Shown here one piece after another: positions 61,116 to 64,000 of a stretch of DNA of 64,000 bases (positions are counted from its first letter, which is position 1; every line of letters begins with the position of its first letter). The DNA lies in contig CAJINV010000010.1 in assembly GCA_905178155.1 (NCBI GenBank), forward strand, positions 1,087,486 through 1,151,485. Direction: 5' to 3'. The translations under genes and the position numbers were made by a program. The notes beneath the pieces were generated by a model, which worked only from the letters and a program-made list of their open reading frames with translations, was not told the origin of the DNA and ran no database searches. This DNA comes from Amoebophrya sp. A120 (Eukaryota; Protista; Dinoflagellata).

Positions 61116-63992
61116 TGCGCAGCGTTTTGGCAAGGGGGAAAAGGTATGGAATTGCAAACACCGATCTGGGTTTAGATGTGTCAATCGGAAGGTGCGTGAG
61201 CGTGACGCCGAGATCTGTATTGCATGAAGGGGATTATGTACATAGCCAGTTTGTTGAAAGGCAGCTTCTTTGTCAACATGCTAAATGTTACGTCGAATTA
61301 ACTCGCGATAATAGATAAGAACTGAATTGTATCTTCGATGATGCGTTCATGCCGGGCAAAAGGGTGCTTTATTGTCATCCCAGGCTCACCAGCACGACTT
61401 TGTTCTATCCAGACCCAGACACATTTGCAATGCATAAAAGCAACGCTGTCTTCATTCGGAACGCGGGAAATCTGGTGCGCAAGCAGGTGGAGCTATCACA
61501 CAGAAAAAAGTTTTTAGCAGGGGGTTATAATTTGTACTGCAAAAATAAGTACAACTAACAAATACACAGAAAATCGAAAACCTGCATAAGTATCCCCTAC
61601 ACATCATGTGACCATGGGCTCGCCCATGGCAGATACCTCAGCTGTGCATTTATTTTTGCATGAGGTACAACAAATGTAGTTAATGTTGACTGCTAGTAGC
61701 TTTTTTCTTTCTGAAAGGCGCTCTTTGCGGGAATTTTGGAGCGGTACTTGATGCCGCACGAGCATGAAGAAAAGTTTACGGACCTGAAGCGCATTCTCGG
61801 CAATCCGAAGCGGCGCCGTCGCGCTGCGGATGATGACACGACCGAAAAAAGTGCCGACAACGAGGCAGAGCGAATCCCAACGATTTTGTCAATCTCGTCC
61901 GACTACGCAAAAGCCCCGGAGCACATGGGCCTCTTCGTCAGCTTCTTATCCTATGTAGAAAGGTCCCCATCCCATAGTCAACATGGGGAATCGGTTTGAC
62001 AAATCCACACGTTTTGGCTGTTTTGCATGACAAGCTTGGACTCGTAGTGTAGTGCTGTTTGACGTAGCTCAGCAGCATCACAGATCTACGATATCACGCT
62101 GATTGGAAAATGAAAAATTTTTCCAGAACACGACTAGAGAATGCTTCTCATGGGGCTCCGCATGAGAAACGTTGCCAGCTTGCAGAGTTGCATTACATTT
62201 ACAGCTGTGGGGTGGGGCCGTTTTTAGATACGATACTTCTTGCAGCGAATCTACGGAGCGGCGTTTAAGCGCGGCGACCGGATAGCGTACCGTATTACAA
62301 AGAAAAATGCCCCCACCCCCGAACTTGGGAGCATTTGTATTGCAAACCTTTCCGAATGAAACATTCGCCCTCTTCTTGCATCTATCAGCATCACAGGTGT
62401 CCAGTCGTGAATAGCAAAAATTTCTATTGCAAAAGGCCCCAGCAAGAGCGGCGCTTGGCATGCAAGCGATGCGATACACGCCTACACTCTGCATCAGAAA
62501 GATCCATACTCCTTTCAATCATGCATGACAAAAAGTTTTCATTGGGAAACTTCGCATCACAAATTTTTGCAATTTCAGGGGTGGGGGGCACTTTTCACTG
62601 TGATATACCGCGGGTATGATCCCGACCTGGTCCATGTGGACGAGAATGGCACGGAGCTGCAGGGTATCCTGTGCAAAAGTATCGTATTCGTATTGCAATC
62701 ATGCATTACAAATCCTTTTGTCAAGTCAAATCCGCATAACAAATTTTATTTCTCATGCTGAGGAAATTTGTAATGCATTTATACGAGTGCGATACTTTTG
62801 CAATGCATACAGGGGAACAATAATGTGCCGAACACGTCGTTCCGTATCCACTGAAAAAAACCCTTGTTCCCCATCCATTTTTTGCATGACAGAAACCGAA
62901 TTTTGTGCATGTTTTGCATGACAAATTGGATGTGGGCGGGGTTTTTTTCCTGTGGATATTCCACTATCGGTACAGCGAAACGGATATGAAATGCAAAAGC
63001 ATCGTACTAGTAGTAGTAATCGCATTACAAATTTGCTCAGCATGACACATGGAATTTATCATGCTGGTTTACCTTGAAAAAGAGATTTGTCATGCATAAA
63101 CGCGATTACTACGACTACGATACTTTTGCACAGGATAACGGAGGACAGCGCCATGTTTCTGTTCGATCGGGAGCTGCTATCAAGTGCAAATATGCCTGGG
63201 TCGGGAAGAATGCTGCAACTTGTCATGCTGCATTTGGATTCCAAAAAAAACTGTATTTTTGCATGAGCAGCAAATAAGGGGATGGAATTTTTGCTACGCG
63301 GAGAGGGTATTTTTTGTCATGCGGAATAGGCAACATCAAGAAGCCCTGAAAAATAAAAAATCTGTGATGCTAGGGCATGCATCACAGAGGACATCATGGC
63401 TCATGCAAAAGAACGTGCGTGACAAGCCTTAGAATCTTCCAGACATCATCCAGGGATATTTGCAATTGATAGCTGCGTGAAGCACACTATGAACTGCAAA
63501 AGTATCGTACTCGTATAAATGCATGACAAATTGTTCCCCCAGCATGAGAATTCAATTAAGATTTGTAATGCGGATTTACCTTGAGAAAAAAATTTGTAAT
63601 GCAAGACTTGCATTTATACGAATACGATACTTTTGCACAGGATACACACAATGCTGAAGTTTGGGACCGCTTTCCAGCAGTATCAAATGTAAAAATGTCT
63701 GGGTCTGGAAGGATGCAGAGATTTGCGATGCAGCTTTGGCATGAACCCTGATGTCTGTGATGCATACCCTAGCATCACAGATTTTTTGAGGGCTTCCTGA
63801 TGCCTATACCGCATGAGAAATGCCCTCTCGCCGTCGCAAAAACTGCAACTCTTTTGCTGTTCATGCAATACAGATTTTTGTAGAATCCAAATGCAGCATC
63901 ACAAGTTGCATCCTTCCAGACCCAGACATTTTTGCAATCCATAAGCAGAGTACTTGGACCAGTTGGAAGCAGAAGCCAACGGCGAGCTCTAG
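61116..63992 (+). CDS. Large hypothetical protein, complete 3' part (copy 2), with 10 introners
   Basis: Overlaps copy 1 at MRSVLARGK; continues NAVFIRNAGNLVRKQVELFAGILERYLMPHEH...FLQRIYGAAFKRGDRIAYRGYDPD...ELREAHNAEVWDRFPAEYLDQLEAEANGEL*. Confidence 0.75.
61145..61436. mobile_element. Introner family A (diverged)
   Basis: DR AAAGG/AAAGC. Confidence 0.85.
61494..61716. mobile_element. Introner family G2
   Basis: TATCACACAGAAAAAAG...CTTTTTTCTTTCTGAAA; DR GGAGC/GGCGC. Confidence 0.72.
61947..62235. mobile_element. Introner family C
   Basis: DR CTTCT/CTTCT. Confidence 0.9.
62293..62605. mobile_element. Introner family D
   Basis: DR TACCG/TACCG. Confidence 0.92.
62665..62809. mobile_element. 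Introner family B
   Basis: DR CAGGG/CAGGG. Confidence 0.9.
62845..62958. mobile_element. Introner family K (114 bp)
   Basis: TATCCACTGAAAAAAACCC...GGGTTTTTTTCCTGTGGATA; DR TTCCG/TTCCA. Confidence 0.85.
62985..63137. mobile_element. Introner family B
   Basis: DR ACGGA/ACGGA. Confidence 0.9.
63178..63471. mobile_element. Introner family A
   Basis: DR GCTGC/GCTGC. Confidence 0.9.
63488..63644. mobile_element. Introner family B
   Basis: DR CACAC/CACAC. Confidence 0.9.
63681..63943. mobile_element. Introner family A
   Basis: DR AGCAG/AGCAG. Confidence 0.9.
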
Positions 63993-64000
63993 TAGTACGA

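Noticed and set aside
193-63943. CRISPR array or REP-like interpretation of the recurring repeats
   Set aside because: The repeats are inverted pairs bounding 110-330-bp elements within eukaryotic exons; there is no repeat-spacer periodicity and no cas gene
1-64000. Autonomous transposase or reverse transcriptase for the introners; rRNA, tRNA or spliced-leader genes
   Set aside because: None recognisable by eye in this window

Overview
Eukaryotic, gene-dense DNA. Almost every gene is cut into short exons by about 80 non-canonical, transposon-like introns (introners) of roughly 110-330 bp. Each element typically starts TA(T) and ends (A)TA, carries terminal inverted repeats (TIRs) from one of about 11-12 unrelated families (my labels A-K), and is flanked by a 5-bp direct repeat (DR). 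I removed each element plus one DR copy by hand, which restored open reading frames: a multi-pass membrane protein (3' part), ethanolamine-phosphate cytidylyltransferase, a GT32 glycosyltransferase (17 introners), a mitochondrial carrier (10 introners), several hypothetical proteins and a large, partly duplicated gene at 49.8-64 kb. Intronless genes include a DUF4116-like repeat protein and a NADAR/YbiA protein flanked by a perfect 39-bp direct repeat. The architecture matches the IR/DR introner elements reported for the parasitic dinoflagellate Amoebophrya; that organism call is an inference. Notable points beyond that: the same elements sit in both orientations within sense-strand genes, all families share a multi-copy GCAT(C/G/T)ACAA motif, paralogs show empty versus filled sites, other mobile elements nest inside introners, and one introner is chimeric. 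Most ORFs in the supplied track are exon/introner read-through artefacts. No database searches were run and coordinates were counted by hand.
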